A stretch of 64,000 nt of DNA, taken from the NCBI RefSeq assembly GCF_009914755.1, contig NC_060930.1; one strand, 5' to 3'. The position numbers and the translations under genes were made by a program. The first letter of the stretch is position 1; the number at the start of each line of letters is the position of its first letter. Below the pieces are notes generated by a model that saw only the letters and a list, made by a program, of their open reading frames with translations, made no database searches and was not told the origin of the DNA. Positions 44,881 to 60,991 of the stretch are shown one piece after another. The DNA comes from the human T2T-CHM13v2.0 reference genome, Homo sapiens.

Positions 44881-45663
44881 GGCATTATGATTTTTGATTA
44901 TTTAAATGCAAAGGGTGACATTGAGTTTGATGACTAAGGTTACTTAGGGGAATTGAGGTCTTGTAGGTCATTTCCTTAGGGATAGATGGTATAGCAACAT
45001 GTAAATTTTCTTACTAAACTTGTTCGTTAAAAACAAACAACTTGGTGAGACACATGAAATTACTTAGGATATTTTATTTCTTTTTCTGTTTTCATGTAGA
45101 GTGCATACAACCTGTTAATAGATAGTCTCTTTTTGTACACTATTGTCCTAACTTGAACATTTTGGACTGTGTGGAAAGTAACCATTTTCCTCTTCAGTTT
45201 AATCTGGAACATTTGGCAGAGGTATTCTGGGACTTGTTTGCTGTTATGGTGGAACTGGTGAGAGTGATAAAAGAGACAGAAAATATAAGTAGGCTGTAAT
45301 ACTTTCAATTTGGTGCTGATTGTCTCCTATCTGAGAATATTGCCTATTTCATTCTTGTCAAAAATTGCCAGTGAATAAATTAACTTTTATTAGTTCAATG
45401 GTTAGGTTTATTTTTTTTAATGCCTAATTTGACAAGGATTGTTAGGTAGAAAAAAAAATCTTGGCAAAGCTACTGAAGAGAGTATATGGGAATTTTTTTC
45501 AAGTTGAAATCTTAGTATAAACTTTGCATTATTGAGTTGTTCATTCAAACTGATAATAAGGAAAGATTCAGAGATATTGATAAGTACCTGAAGGATGAAT
45601 TTCATGGCTTAGGTTGAGGAAACCAAGAAAGATTTTAAAGCTGACTTTTTCTAGTATTTCTAG

Positions 45664-47572
45664 ATTATATATTTAGAAGACCCCATCTTCTCAGCCCAAA
45701 ATCTCCTTAAGGTGATAAGCAACTTCAGCAAAGTCTCAGGATACAAAAGTGTGCAAAAATCACAAGCATTCCTATACACCAATAACAGACAATCAGAGAG
45801 CCAAATCATGAGTGAACTCCCATTTACAATTGCTACAAAGAGAATAAAATACATGGGAATACAACTTAAAAGGGATGTGAAGGACCTCTTCAAGGAGAGC
45901 TGCAAACCACTGCTCAAGGAAATAAGAGAGGACACAAACAAATGGCAAAATATTCCATGCTCATGAATAGGAAGAATCAATATCATGAAAATGGCCATAC
46001 TGCCCAAAATAATTTATAGATTCAATACTCTACCCATCAAGCTACGATTGATTTTCTTCACAGATTTAGAAAAAATTACTTTAAATTTCATATGGAACCA
46101 AAAAAGAGCCCGCATATCCAAGACAATCCTAAGTAAAAAGAATGAAGCTGGAGGGATCATGCTACCTAACTTCAAACTATACTACAAGGCTACAGTAACC
46201 AATACAGCATGGTACTGGTACCAAAACAGATGTATAGACCAATGAAACAGAACAGAGGCCTCAGAAATAATGCCACACATCTACAACAATCTGATCTTTG
46301 ACACACCTGACAAAAACAAGCAATAGGGAAAGGATTCCCTATTTAATAAATGGTGTTGTGAAAATTGGCTAGCCATATGCAGAAAACGGAAACTACACCC
46401 CTTCCTTACACCTTATACAAAAATTAACCCAAGATGGATTAAAGACTTAAATGTTAGACCTAAAACCATAAAAACCCTAGAAGAAAACCTAGGCAATAAC
46501 ACTCAAGACATAGGCATGGGCAAAGTCTTCATGATTAAAATACCAAAAGCAATGGCAACAAAGCCAAAATTGAGAAATGGGATCTAATTAAACTAAAGAG
46601 TTTCTGCACAGCAAAAGAAACTATCATCAGAGTGAACAGGCAACCTACAGAATGGGAGAAAATTTTTGCAATGTATCCATCTGACAAAGGGCTAATATCC
46701 AGAATCTACAAGGAACTTAAACAAATTTACAAGAAAAAAACAGACAACCCCATCAAAAAGTGGGCGAAGGATATGAACAGACACTTCTCAAAAGAAGACA
46801 TTTATGTGGCCAACAAACATGAAAAAAAGCTCATCATCACTGGTCCTCAGAGAAATGCATATCAAAGCCACAATGAGATACCATCTCACACCAGTTAGAA
46901 TGGCGATCATTAAAAAGTCAGGAAACAACAGATGCTGGAGAGGATGTGGAGAAATAGGAATGCTTTTACACTGTTGGTGGCAGTGTGAATTAGTTCAACC
47001 ATGTGGAAGACAGTGTGGTGATTCCTCAAGGATCTAGAACCAGGAATACCATTTGAGCCAGCAATCCCATTACTGGGTATATACCCAAAGGATTATAAAT
47101 CATTCTATTATAAAGACACATGCACACATATGTTTATTGCAGCACTATTTACAATAGCAAAGACTTGGAAGCAACCCAAATGTCCATCAATGATAGACTG
47201 GATAAAGAAAATGTGGCATATATACATGATAGAATACTATGCAGCCCTAAAAAAGGATGAGTTCATGTCCTTTGCAGGGACATGGATGAAGCTGGAGACC
47301 ATAATTTTCTGCAAAGTAACACAGGAACAGAAAACCAAACACAGCATGTTCTCACTCATAAGTGGGAGTTGAACACTGAGAACACATGGACACAGGGAGG
47401 GGAACATCACACATTGGGGCCTTTTGGCAGGTAGGGAGCTAAGGGAGAGATAGCATTAGGAGAAAAACCTAATGTAGATGACAGGTTTATTGGTGTAGCA
47501 AACCACCATGGCACATGTATACCTATGTAAGAAACTTGCACGTTCTGCACATGTATCCCACAACTTTAAGTA
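45664..47572 (+). mobile_element. 5'-truncated L1PA7/8-like LINE (ORF2 C-terminal half and 3' UTR)
   Basis: ORF2 pieces ([51 protein letters not shown]); 3' UTR gatagcattaggagaaaaacctaatgtagatgac. Confidence 0.93.
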
Positions 47573-47988
47573 TATATATATATATATATATAATTCCCGA
47601 AGGTCATACTATAATCCTATTCCCTCAGTTTTTCTAATTTTTAAATTTGGACTCAACCACACCATTGGAGAACTGCACACTTGTTTTGCATTGTTTTGGC
47701 CCAATGTAGAGTTGCTTGTACAGAATTGCATTTTAGATTTATGCCATTAGCCTGTGCTGAGGGACATTATAAGAAACAGCCATAGAAAAGACACAATCAT
47801 ACATATTGTAAAACTCTTGTTAAAAACTTGTTCAATACATTCCTATGAGAACTCCCATGAGAAATTTCTTTCAATGTTCTACAGCAGGAAAAACTAGGTT
47901 TCTTTTGGGCAAATGGTTTGTATTCATCTTATAAATACTGTGAATTGAATGATTAGTAGGTTTTTCTTCTGCTTTGGCCTCTAAGGAA

Positions 47989-48330
47989 CTGTATCAGTCA
48001 GGAGTTGGGCAGCATAACAGAAGCCATTCTATGCTTTTTAAGTTTGAAGGATTATAATTGGGAGAATTAGACGTTTATATACTGCTGGAAAATCTGTGGG
48101 TTGTGAAAGTTGCCACTACAGAAGCTTCCAACTTGAAGCAGCAGAGTGTGTGATTTTCAAAAACTCAGTAGAAAGCTCTCATCAACCCCATGTCTGCCCC
48201 AGATTCCATAGACTTTGGCTTCATTTTTGCCTTTGCTTTCCAAACCTATGTGACTGCTTCTCTTTGGCAAACTAATCTGAACAATATGGGAAAGGGATTT
48301 GGAGAAATATATTTTCAGCTTCTCCTATGC
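47989..48330 (-). mobile_element. Possible old ERVL-type LTR
   Basis: Begins tgtatcagtcagg...aacagaagccattcta; family not resolved. Confidence 0.4.
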
Positions 48331-48496
48331 AGGAGCTGATGGCTGAATTGATAATAGATAATTAACTACCGCAAAAAGCATAAGAAATTTTGCTCACCTC
48401 TTGCAATAGCACAAGATAAAATAGTATGCAGTTTGTGTTCTAATTTTGTGCCTGGCTTCAACTTACTTTAATACCCCTATTTTTCCATCTTAATTA

Positions 48497-48543
48497 CTCC
48501 CTCCCTCCCTCCCTCCCTCCCTCCCTTCCTTCCTTCCTCCCTT
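48497..48543. repeat. (CCCT)n/(CCTT)n microsatellite
   Basis: Seen directly. Confidence 0.9.
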
Positions 48544-49479
48544 CATTTATCCTATTGTGTTGTAATTGTTTATTTCTGTAAGCCGCCTCAATTCTTTTGG
48601 GGAAAAATGATATATAAATAATTAGTTTGAAAAACAAGGGAAGGAGAATGAGCTTATAATAAATGCATATCTAAAACAACGTAACACACATTAAATATGA
48701 CTAGAGATCTAAAACAGATGGAAAGAGTACCCAAGCGATTGCCATATCACTCTACAAAGCAATACCCATCATCTTAGATATATTCCTCTTCATTGTTTAC
48801 ATTTTTTTCTGTTACAAATAGGTTCTCAAAGAATGTCATTAAAAATTATAGACAATAAAGCATACATATTTACCTAGCATAATTAAAAACTACTCTTTCA
48901 TACAAGCACATTTTCTATTTATCTTAGGCTTACTCATGTAAATGGCTTGATTTTTAAATTTTATTTTCATAAATTTCTATAAAGAAAAAAACATTTTACA
49001 AATAAAAATTATATATCTCTGCCTTCTTAAGCAGTCAATAATAAAAATAATGTAAGATTTTCGTGCTAATTTATGGTAATTATTATGAAACAAAGATTTA
49101 GTTATAGTGAATTATAGAAATGCTTTCAGCGACTATTGAATACAGAGATTCAGATTTTAGATTCTTTAAAATGAGTTAATTGTTTCGTTTTTTCTTTTAG
49201 ATTTTTTTTCTTGCACTATTACTCTTATCCAATGTCTTATTTTACACAGAGTTGTCTAGAAGAGGTCTGAGGGTGGCTCTAAATTTTCAGGAAAGTATAA
49301 CAGTCTGAATATAATAGTTAATATTTCTTCATTCTTGAGAGCTTCCTTTTTCTTCTTTCTTTTATTCCTTTTAAGTTTAAGGCTGTATATCAACTCCTGA
49401 GGTTTCCAGAAGCTTGACCTCTGAATGAGTGGGCATTATTGCATGAATTTGATCTCTTTAATAGGATTACAGAGTAATG

Positions 49480-49725
49480 AAATTTAGAGACTAAAAGAGA
49501 CTGTGAAAGGTCACCTGGTCCACCACTTTCCCAAAGAGGCCACTTCCATTTAGAGCCTTATCTAAACCACTGCAGGCAAAGGGCAGCCTCTGCTTTTTTA
49601 CAGCCTTTCAAAGACAGAAATGCTACCATCTCTGGTGGCAAGACTTTTTTATGTTTTATAATTCCCAGTGTCAGAAAATTCTTCTTTAGATTTATCTTAA
49701 ATTTCTTATGCAAAAACTTAAGCCC
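49480..49725 (-). mobile_element. L3/CR1 LINE fragment
   Basis: aaggtcacctggtccacc...gtcagaaaattcttctttagatttatcttaaatttc resembles an L3 3' region. Confidence 0.55.
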
Positions 49726-49837
49726 ATGAACTCAATCCCTAATGAGATTTGAAAATAAAATTGGACTTCTGAAAAGACTTGAGAAAATTGAGTTCTACTG
49801 TTTCTTTTACATTCCTACCACAAAAGTTGGCATAATG

Positions 49838-49840
<3 letters not shown>

Positions 49841-49880
<40 letters not shown>
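49841..49880. repeat. (TG)20 microsatellite
   Basis: Seen directly. Confidence 0.97.
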
Positions 49881-49884
<4 letters not shown>

Positions 49885-50109
49885 GGAGAAAGAGAGAGTG
49901 AGAAACTAAGGGTCTCTTCAAGTGGATTTCTTTTAGAGGCCCGTCATCAGTATAAAATTGATTCATAGATCAAACTAGTTGGTGAGGGGCTAGGCTGAAC
50001 TAATTCTACATCTCCACCAGTTCTCCCTTGATGACTAATTCACATTCACAAGCTAGTTTAGGATTAGGTGTGTAGTCTGTAGCTGTGAGATAGAAGAAAA
50101 ATGGGAGAT

Positions 50110-50595
50110 GATGTAGCAGAGAGACATTATAGGGACTGGAAAGACCACTGTCAATCCTGGCATTTATGAACTGTGTGACTTTGAGGAAGTCAATTTGCAC
50201 TGAAAAATAAACGTTGATAGTAATATATCTTCTGTCCGTCTGTCTCCCGGGGATTTTTGAGGAGAAGAGAAAATGAGTATGTAAATTATTTGAAAAATCT
50301 GAATAATATACAAATACTGTATATGGTAATTTCTCCTTCCCCAAATCTTTGCCTGTTCCTTAGTAGTGCATTGTAGAACCAGGAAAATCTGGTTTGAATT
50401 ATGACTTTGGTACTGCATAATTGTGTGGGCTTTAACAAGTCTCTTGACATCTTTGAGCCACAATTTTCTTTTTGAAAACTCGGATAATATAATTGACCTT
50501 GAGGGATAATGGTGATGATTAAAGATAATGATTGCAGTGTCTCAGCATGCTGTTTCACAAACAGTAAGCGTTCAGTAAATAGTAACTATTATCAT
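50110..50595 (+). mobile_element. Two tandem MIR fragments
   Basis: ctgtgtgactttgaggaagtca; aagtctcttgacatctttgagccacaattttc...cagtaagcgttcagtaaatagtaactattat. Confidence 0.7.
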
Positions 50596-50639
50596 CTAGT
50601 CATTGAAGCAAAAAATACATTCATTTTTACTTATCTTGC

Positions 50640-51105
50640 TCCAATCTCATATATTTCATCTAATTGGTTATGAAGTCATAGGAATTCTATTTCCATGCCT
50701 TTATAGTCTCCATGACTGCTCTGTCATCTGTGCCATTGTCCCTTATGCTATATGTCATTTCAGTAGTATTTAACTACTCCCCTTGCTTCCAGTATTTTTC
50801 CCTTCAATCCAGCCTCCTCCACACTATAACCAAAGTCATCTTTCAAAGTGACATCTGAACAGTTTACTGCTCCTCTTCAAACATTCCAATAATTTTGCCG
50901 TTGACTGCAGCACAAAAGATATTCACAGTCAGTTAGGATCCTTCATAGTCTATATTATCTTTCTATTATCTTCCACACTCCTCCTGCACCAATGCATTCT
51001 GTGCTCCTTCTACAGTGACCTCTTGGCTGTTAACCAAAATATGTCATGCTTGGGTTTCTGTGTGTGCTGTTTTTTCTCCATGAAATACCTGGCAAGTTTC
51101 TATCT
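50640..51105 (+). mobile_element. L2 fragment
   Basis: ccttcaatccagcctcctccacactataaccaaagtcatctttcaaag. Confidence 0.6.
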
Positions 51106-51528
51106 GCCTTTTTGGAGTATGTAGAGGTTCCAGCCTTAAAACCTACAGACATGTAGAAGGATCTACACATATATACATTTCAAGGGATCAACTTTTAGGT
51201 ACATGCATTTTTTTTCTGAGTATGCTATGACCCTCAAAATATTAGGGACCACTATTTTGGACTCAGTGTAACCACCCTTTCCATTGTAAAGTCTTCACTT
51301 TTTAGTGATGCTCTTAACCATTGAATATCATGTAACATATAACATTTTCTTTAATATTTTTAAGCAGGCAAGATAACTGTTGCTTTCAGCAGGAAATCAA
51401 TGGGTCAAAGTGGGATTCTAAGCAGGCTAACTCCTGTATGAAGTGGGTTCAGAGAAGAATCTAGTGCTCAAGCACAGCCCCATTTGATGAATGCCTTGAA
51501 AATGCATGATCAAAATCCACTCCCCTAA

Positions 51529-52026
<498 letters not shown>

Positions 52027-52302
52027 TCATTCCCCTAATATTAAGTTGTTGATTCCTGTTAATACACAAATCCGTAAATTCTAGTGTAAAATCTACCACT
52101 TCAGAATATAATCCATTATCATCCTTTAAAAAAATGAGTTTTATGTATTTTCCCAGTAGAAAGAAAGGGCAGGAGAAGGGATTTTATGGCTCCTGGCATC
52201 CTAAGGAAAATAAAAGCACTACTACAAGAAAAAAATGAGGAATTTAGAAAAATGAAAGTCAAATTTTATATCCTTTCCATTTTGTTAAATGATACTAAAT
52301 GG

Positions 52303-53552
52303 CAGCGGTTTTCATGCTGGGATGTAAGTACCTCTGGAGGATCACAAACATCTTCTAAGAGGTACAGAGATACTGAGGCTTTTGAGGGAATTAATTTGCA
52401 GATACTCAAGTTCTCTGTATATTCCCTCCTGAAACTAACTGCCTGCAAATAAGCATGAGGTCATGCCGATGGTCCTTTCCCATCTTTCTCCCACTATGCA
52501 AAAGAAAGGGAAATCTCTTACCTGTCTAGGATCATACTGTGGTGCATTGCTCTGCTATGCAAAAACTGTTGGGACATCATATAAAAGTATCATTGAAAAT
52601 ACTGATGTAGATGGAAATATACAAATAATTTTAATTGCTTAGTCACAAACTAATATGCAAGTGAATTTCATTCCAATTCTTTGCTTTCAACAGAATTGAA
52701 GGAGGATCCAAATGAATTGTTAGCCGTGTGACTTTGTTAGGTAACTTTCAATCAACTGAGAGCCATTATTACAGCAAAATTCCTTCTTCTTCCCTCCCCA
52801 TTAAATTGTTTATGTAACCAAGTGCTTATATGTATAAAAATAAGAGTTGAATTGATGCTAAATCCTCTCATTTTCTTTTATCAATGAGTAGTATTTAACC
52901 ATGGTTACACATACTGATTGAAGAATGAAAGCTTTATATGCCTCATTAAGAAATACATTTCCAATAAAATTTGTCTTATGTTTATTATCTATTAAGTATA
53001 TTTATTATGTTTTAGCCAATAATGCATTAGTAATACTTACAATACTGTGGAAAGTCTTTTTCTCTTTAACATTTAGAGCTCTTGAGTCTCCAAAAATAAA
53101 AATAAATAAAAATAAAATTGTTAGAAACACTTTGATGTGTGTGTGTGTGTGTGTGTGTGTGTATGCAGGAAAGTGTGATAGCTTGAATAACAATAAATAT
53201 TAAAGCAAAAAATGTATTATACTAGGAAAAATTCTTTGGGAAAAGCAGAATAATAATTAGAGTATAAGGAGAAAAATGAATAATGTTACATTTCTGACCA
53301 TTAAGAAGACCCTTCTCATTTATTTTTCAATGAATGATGGTGGGTATCAAATTACTATTGACAAGTTTGGAAATGTTATATTTCAAATTTATAATTTAAA
53401 ATTTCAGTATTTACAATATGTTAGAGATTACATATTTCACAAGTATTTAGACTTGTGTAAATGTTTTACTCTCAGTTTAAAAATACATATGAGAGTCACA
53501 GATTTTAATTTTTTAAAAAAGGATATATGAACAAAAAATTTGAAGACCTCTT
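52303..53552 (+). mobile_element. hAT-Charlie type DNA transposon relic
   Basis: TIR-like cagcggttttcatgct and aaatttgaagacctct; 52770-52870 resembles a decayed hAT C-terminal dimerisation coding region. Confidence 0.5.
53136..53162. repeat. (TG)n microsatellite
   Basis: Seen directly. Confidence 0.95.
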
Positions 53553-55089
53553 CTCTGAAGTACACAGAGGGCAGAATTTTCTTTCCCATCTCAGTATCAT
53601 GCATTATGAAAAATTATGGTTTTTTGGGTTTCTTTTCTTGGGGTCCTCTGAAAATAGCCTCCCAGGATAGGTCAGAAACTGAGAACATTCACAGTAAAAA
53701 TCACTGACTCCTCAGAGAGATGCCGCAGACTTTGGGATGGTATTGGGGACTGAAAGTAAGGGAGCTGGGCCAAAAAAAAGAGGAAAGGGTTGAGAAGGGG
53801 ATACAGCCAGAGGCAAATATCCTGTACCTTGATTTTCCTGGCTGTGGCTTTGGCTCTTAAGAGGGCTCTCCCTGAGTGTGATCACACACCTTCTGCTGTG
53901 GTTTGAGAAGGTGCAGGGAAGGAGATGACCCTGGGAACTCCGGGCCTTAACTCCCACACCACCTCAGGAGAACCATCTCTAAGGAAGGAATCAGGCAAAC
54001 ACAATTTAATGAAAGAAAAAACAGTCAATCTTTGTCTCCTTTATTTTCAGGAATGAATCTTTTTTCTGTTTATTAAATTATATTCAGCTCTTCATTATTA
54101 AAACTTTTTATTTCCTTTACACACCCAAGTCCAACACTTTGCTTCATAGTACTTTGGATTGTTAGCTACCCATTTAGTGCAAGGTTTTTGAGTGAGTGAG
54201 GGGGCAATACTCTTGTCAAATTTCTGACTGATTTGACCCTGCATCTGAATTCATACCATATTTATAAAAAGCAAAGCAATGGTTAAATCTTTTCTTTGGT
54301 GCTGGGGAGACAATCCCGAAATCTACTGATGTGCTATCAATACAAAAATAACAATGTGAGTATTCACCATAAAGTAGTTGGGTATGTTTTATTATGTATG
54401 ATTTTTACTATTGGGGTTAGTGACAACATAATGTATTGGGGGTGTCAAGACTTAGGTTCCTGGGCCAGCCAGTATTGCTACCAAATGCTGTATGTCCTTC
54501 AAAAAATGTTGGCCCCAACATTGTTGGTTCTTAGTTTCCACAATTTTAGAATGAAAGAGTTTTGACCAATCTTCTTTTCCTTTTTCTACTGGAACTTTAT
54601 GATATGACTTTCTAATCCTATATCAACTCTTCCCACATCACATGTATTTGTTCTATTCCTAGTAGCACTGAGCTACTAAGATTCCCTTCTTTGAATCTTA
54701 TAAACTTATGTATTTCTGATATTCCTTCTGTTAGGTAGTGATCTTCTTAAGAAGGACAAATTTAAATTCAAATTTGGGTCATACACAATTTTCCCATATT
54801 ATATGCCACACAAGTATTGGTTAGACTGACCTGGAATTGTCTCCTCTTCTATCTCTTCTATTTATTATTCTACTAATGCCAAGGTTCATTTTGTAGATGA
54901 ACATTGAGTGATCTTGTTTCTATATCATGTTTTATCTTTCATTCCTTTTCCCATATCCATATTGACCTAATTTAATGTTCTGTCTTTGTAGTCCAGAATT
55001 AAATTTTTCTCTTTTTCTTGTATATCTACTTAACCTCTTGAAACTGTATCTAAGAATCTGCGTTCTACTTTATTCTCTACTTATTTGAT

Positions 55090-56170
55090 TGTTGCGGGAA
55101 GTCAGGGACCCTGAACAGAGGGACCAGCTGAAGCCATGGCAGAAGAACATAAATTGTGAAGATTTCATGGACATTTATTAGTTCCCCAAATCAATACTTT
55201 TATAATTTCTTATGCCTGTCTTTACTGCAGTCCCTGAACGTAAATTGTGAAGATTTCATGGACATTTATCACTTCCCCAATCAATACTCTTATAATCTCC
55301 TATGCTTCTTTACTTTAATCCTTAATCCCGTCATCTTCATAAGCTGAGGATGTATGTTGCCTCAGGACCCTGTGATGATTGCATTAACTGCACATATTGT
55401 TTGTAAAACATGAGTGTTTGAACAATATGAAATCTGGGCATTCTAAAAAGGAACAGGATGACAGCAATTTTCAGGGGACAAGGGAGATAACCATAAGGTC
55501 TGACTACCTCTGGGGCTGGGCAGAACAGAGTCATATTTCTCTTCTTGCATAAAGCGAATAGGAGAAATACCCCTGAATTATTTTGCCAGCAAGGAATAAC
55601 CCTGGGAAAGGAATGCATTCCCAGGGGGAGATCTCTAAAATGGACGCTCTGGGAGTGTCTGTCTTATGCTGTTGAATATAAGGGATGAAATACGCCCTGG
55701 TCTCCTGCAGCACCCTCAGGCTTGCTAGGATTAGGAAATTCCAGCCTGGCGAATTATAGTCAGACCAGTTGTCTGCTCTCGATCCCTGTTTCCTGTTAAG
55801 ATGTTTATCAATGACAATGTGTGCCCAGCAAGACATGGAACCTCATCAGTAATTCTAATTTCGCCCTGGCCTTGTGATCTTGCTCTGCCTTTCTGCCCTT
55901 GTGATCTTTTATTGCCCTTTCAAGCATGTGATCTTTGTGACTCACTCCCTCTTCGTACCCCCTTCCCTTTTTAAAATCCCTAATAAAAACTTGCTGGTTT
56001 TGCAGCTCAGCGGGCATCATGGATCCTGCCAATATGTGATGTCACCCCCGGAGGCCCAGCTGTAAAATTTCTCTCTTTGTAGTCTCTCTGTTTATTTCTC
56101 AGACTGGCCGACACTTAGGGAAAATAGAAAAGAACCTAAGTTGAAATATTGGGGGCTGGTTCCCCCAATA
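55090..56170 (+). mobile_element. MER11 (HERV-K11/HML-8) solo LTR, MER11B/C-like, 1081 bp
   Basis: Start tgttgcgggaagtcagggacc, end ggttcccccaata; perfect 6-bp TSD tttgat (55084-55089 and 56171-56176); aataaa at about 55982. Confidence 0.95.
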
Positions 56171-57665
56171 TTTGATTATCTTTATATTCTTGGCTGTCTT
56201 TCTGGTACTAATCAACTTCACTATGGGGCTATATTTTAAAATGTTAGTGTTCAGAGATGATGGAGATAGATTGTTAGTAAAACCCATGTTCAATCAATTT
56301 ACTCTTTCATTTACATAATACTTTTTTGTATTAAGAAAACTACATTTTTATAAAAGTGAGAATAACACATACTTTCTACATGTTTGCTTACTCTACTGTT
56401 CACCAATTTTCATGTGATGGATGCTTAAGCCATAAGAGAATACATTTTTCTCTTTTATCCTCAATCAAAAAAGTTGAAACATAATGCTGTGATATTTTAA
56501 ATGTGGTAGACAGTATTAACATAAATTGAAAACCTAATAAAAAATCTGTTTTCAAACAAAGTATAGATTTTTCAATAAAATTAATAGGAAATATAATAAT
56601 AAAAAGCTGCAAAGTAATAGCAGTGTAACAAATCCCCCACCTCTTATTCTCTGCAGGCTTTTTTTTTAAAGCCATAAATACTCTCAATTTTATAAATCCA
56701 ATTGAAAGCTCAGTTTAGTCTTAGAAAGGTGCAGCCACTTCACTGACCTTCATTTCATTTCTTTAAAAAGTATAATTGGAAATATTTTTTCTGGATAGGG
56801 GTCACTGACACTTGGTTACCACAGGGCACATCTGAAACCATCTTCTCAGTCATAACTGCAAACACATAGTTTCATCTGCTTTTTTTCATGTTAGTGATGG
56901 GCTGGTGAACTCAAGGGAATATTAGATGATCCCTTTTGGAGGACACATCCAAAAGGCATGCGTGTGGCTCACAGCTTCCTGTCATAGTGGACAAGAAATA
57001 AATGACTTCAATTCAAATCCATTTCTCTCTCTTGTTAGACATGTGGCCTCATCATGTGTCTAATGTGTAATCCCTCTAGTATCTACCCCATGGAGGTAGC
57101 TTCAGTACACTTAAGTGGGCATAGGTGTTAAAATTTTACATTAAGATCTTTCTTCTCCAGGGACATGCCTGACTCTTCATTAAGAAAAACTGTTGGAAGA
57201 TAAGGTTGGATAAATAGGTTGCAGCCACAAATTTGAGGAGGGGGAGGGATTAAAAACCAGACAAAGTGCTTGGATTTGATAAAGAAATATGGGAGAAATA
57301 CATGCTTTTGAGCCAAAGAGAAGCTGTGCTTTTGGAAACTGTCTTGCAAGTGAAAAGTAGCTCATAAATGGAATCACATTTAGAATACTGTCAGAGGACT
57401 TTTTTTTGATCTACAAAATAGAGTAACAATTGCCCACCTCAGACAGGAGAATTGAACTATAAGGTGGTGTAAAGCATTATGTTGGCACTAAGCAGCTTGT
57501 CTCCATCTCTTTTCCCTTCTCTGTAAATGTAGAAGATGATATTCACATATGTGCCATAAACCCATTTATTTTTAAAAATCTATATTTTAAGAATGTTTCC
57601 AGAAAACCAGAAATATAGACCTGTAGACCTTTGGATGTGTGGTGATGGAAGGGCTTGGTACTTTT

Positions 57666-57965
57666 TTTTTTTTTTTTTTTTTTTCAGATGGAGTCTCACT
57701 CTGTTGCCTAGGCTGGAGTGCAGTGGTGCGATCTCGGCTCACTGCAAGCTCCACCTCCTAGGTTCACGCCATTCTCATGCCTCAGCCTCCTGAGTAGCTG
57801 GGACCACAGGTGCCCACCACCACGCCTGGTTAATTTTTTGTATGTTTAGTAGAGATGGAGTTTCACCATGTTAGCCAGGATGGTCTTGATCTCCTGACCT
57901 CGTGATCTGCCTGCCTCAGCCTCCCAAAGTGCTGGGATTACAGGCATGAGCCACCGTGCCCGGCC
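57666..57965 (-). mobile_element. AluY with 16-bp TSD agggc(t/g)tggtactttt
   Basis: Y diagnostics; TSD 57650-57665 and 57966-57981; TTTT/AAAA endonuclease site. Confidence 0.93.
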
Positions 57966-59744
57966 AGGGCGTGGTACTTTTAAAAGCATGTTTTAAGCAT
58001 GTATGTCATGAAGTAATCCATCTAAATATTCATTCTCTTCAGGCTTGAGAGAAGTGGAGACACCATATTTAGCAGTTTAAGCACAATTCCCTGCAAGCTA
58101 GCTATAATTCCACTCCTTTTGCTTCCATAAGAGCACACCAGGAAGTAAGTGAGAGGGATGTCACTGCAGTGATCACTCAAATAAGCTTTAATTTATAAAG
58201 AATATAATTCACAAAATTCAATACTATTAAATATTTTTAGTGGCAACTAATGCATAATACCTCCCTTTGTCAAGACACTAAAGCAGAGAAGTCTAAGTTA
58301 GCCTGGCATTGATGTGGTTTACTGGCTCTTCGTTGTGAATATCCTGTCACCTAGGATGCTGTATCCAGTTCTTCCTGTCATTTTCCCAAGGTGGTTACCA
58401 CACATCTATTCCTTCTTCCTCCTTTCCCGTCTCCTCCACCCCTCGTCTAATGCTTTTCCTTCACTCCCTCTTTCCACCACTTCTCTTTGCCCATGATTTT
58501 TGTGCATTATTAGCAAAGGGAATTCTGGAAATAGGACTAATGCCAAGGAGTATTCCAGTAATACTTGAGATGTGAAAGAGGATCCATTAATTAAATAAAT
58601 AAAAGCAGGTCAATTTGTATTGCCAGATGAAAACTAAGGAACATGATTTCCTACAGAAATTCTTTGTTATTGACATCATTCACCATGAAAAAGACATAGT
58701 TTCAGCCCCTGCATCATTTATGATGACTATTACGGGGCAGGACACTTCCTTTTTCTGCTGGATGGACAGATGCCCTTGGCTTCCACATGGTTTACATGGG
58801 TCCTCAAAACTGAGAAGAGGTAATGAAGGAATGCTGAAAGAAAAATTGAGGCTCAAAGCAGATTAATTACAGGTCATAAAAGAGAATGTTGGCAATCAAT
58901 GAAGATACAAATTCCAAGAAAATGAGTCTCTACAGTGTCAGGCTGAGCAATTAGGGAAGAAAATGTAACGAAGAGTCCAATATAGTCTAACTACTTAATT
59001 GTTGAGTGGTTCTTGGAGCATAAAAACCATGGGAAAAGCACAAATCTCCTGTCTTTCTGCCTGGGGGAAAAATAGTACAGTGTAATAGATTTGCCTCAAA
59101 AAAGGAAATGGGTGTGAGGAACAAGCTCTCAGATGGGATAAATGAATGTAATACAAACACCAGAAAATATCTCCCTAACAGAGAAGCCTTAAATGGCTGT
59201 ACGCTCCCTGCCGGCACCACCTAAATTGCTCACCGTGCATAGGAATTCACCGAAAAGAACATTTAAAACAAAAATTTAATATGACTGTGCATATGTGTGA
59301 CTCCTTTGGAACAATTAGCCTGCTATACTTTATAATACAAGGTAATTATTTGCATTCCCATTTGCAACTGTACCTGTATGTGTCTTATTTGTAGGAAAAT
59401 ATTCAAAATAGTGTTTCTTTAATCCATGGTTGATTTTCACTATAGAGATCAGATGTTAATGTGAACTTTCATTTTCATTCTTCCCTAAAATTCATACATC
59501 ACCAGGCAGTCCTGAAAATTGACATAGAAAACTCATCCAGAAAGCCAGATTATTGGAAAATACACTGGGCATACCTTTTATTAACTGTTTAATTCTGCCT
59601 AGAATGTAATTTCCAATTTTAATAAGAAAGAAATGCAAGCTCATTGAAACAAAACCTAAGCAGCAACAATAAATAAAATTGCTGGGAGAAAAAGGATGAA
59701 GAAATTCTATGATTCTGTTGAACCCCTCTGAGTTCACTGTTTTA

Positions 59745-60810
<1,066 letters not shown>

Positions 60811-60963
60811 TTCATATATTCTGATTAATTTTTGGTACAGATCTGAATGGATTTACAAACCTTGATTTTACTAAAATAATATTTTATCCTTTCAGAGTAG
60901 GTTTCTTTTCAGCATTAGTGCCTGGCAGATCTATAGCTATATATCTCTAAACTAATGACTACA

Positions 60964-60991
60964 CCAGCAGGTGGCTTAAGTCACTTCCTGG
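60964..60991 (+). promoter_or_regulatory. Candidate CTCF core motif with adjacent ETS motif
   Basis: CCAGCAGGTGGC at 60964-60975; cacttcctgg at 60982-60991; motif match only. Confidence 0.4.
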
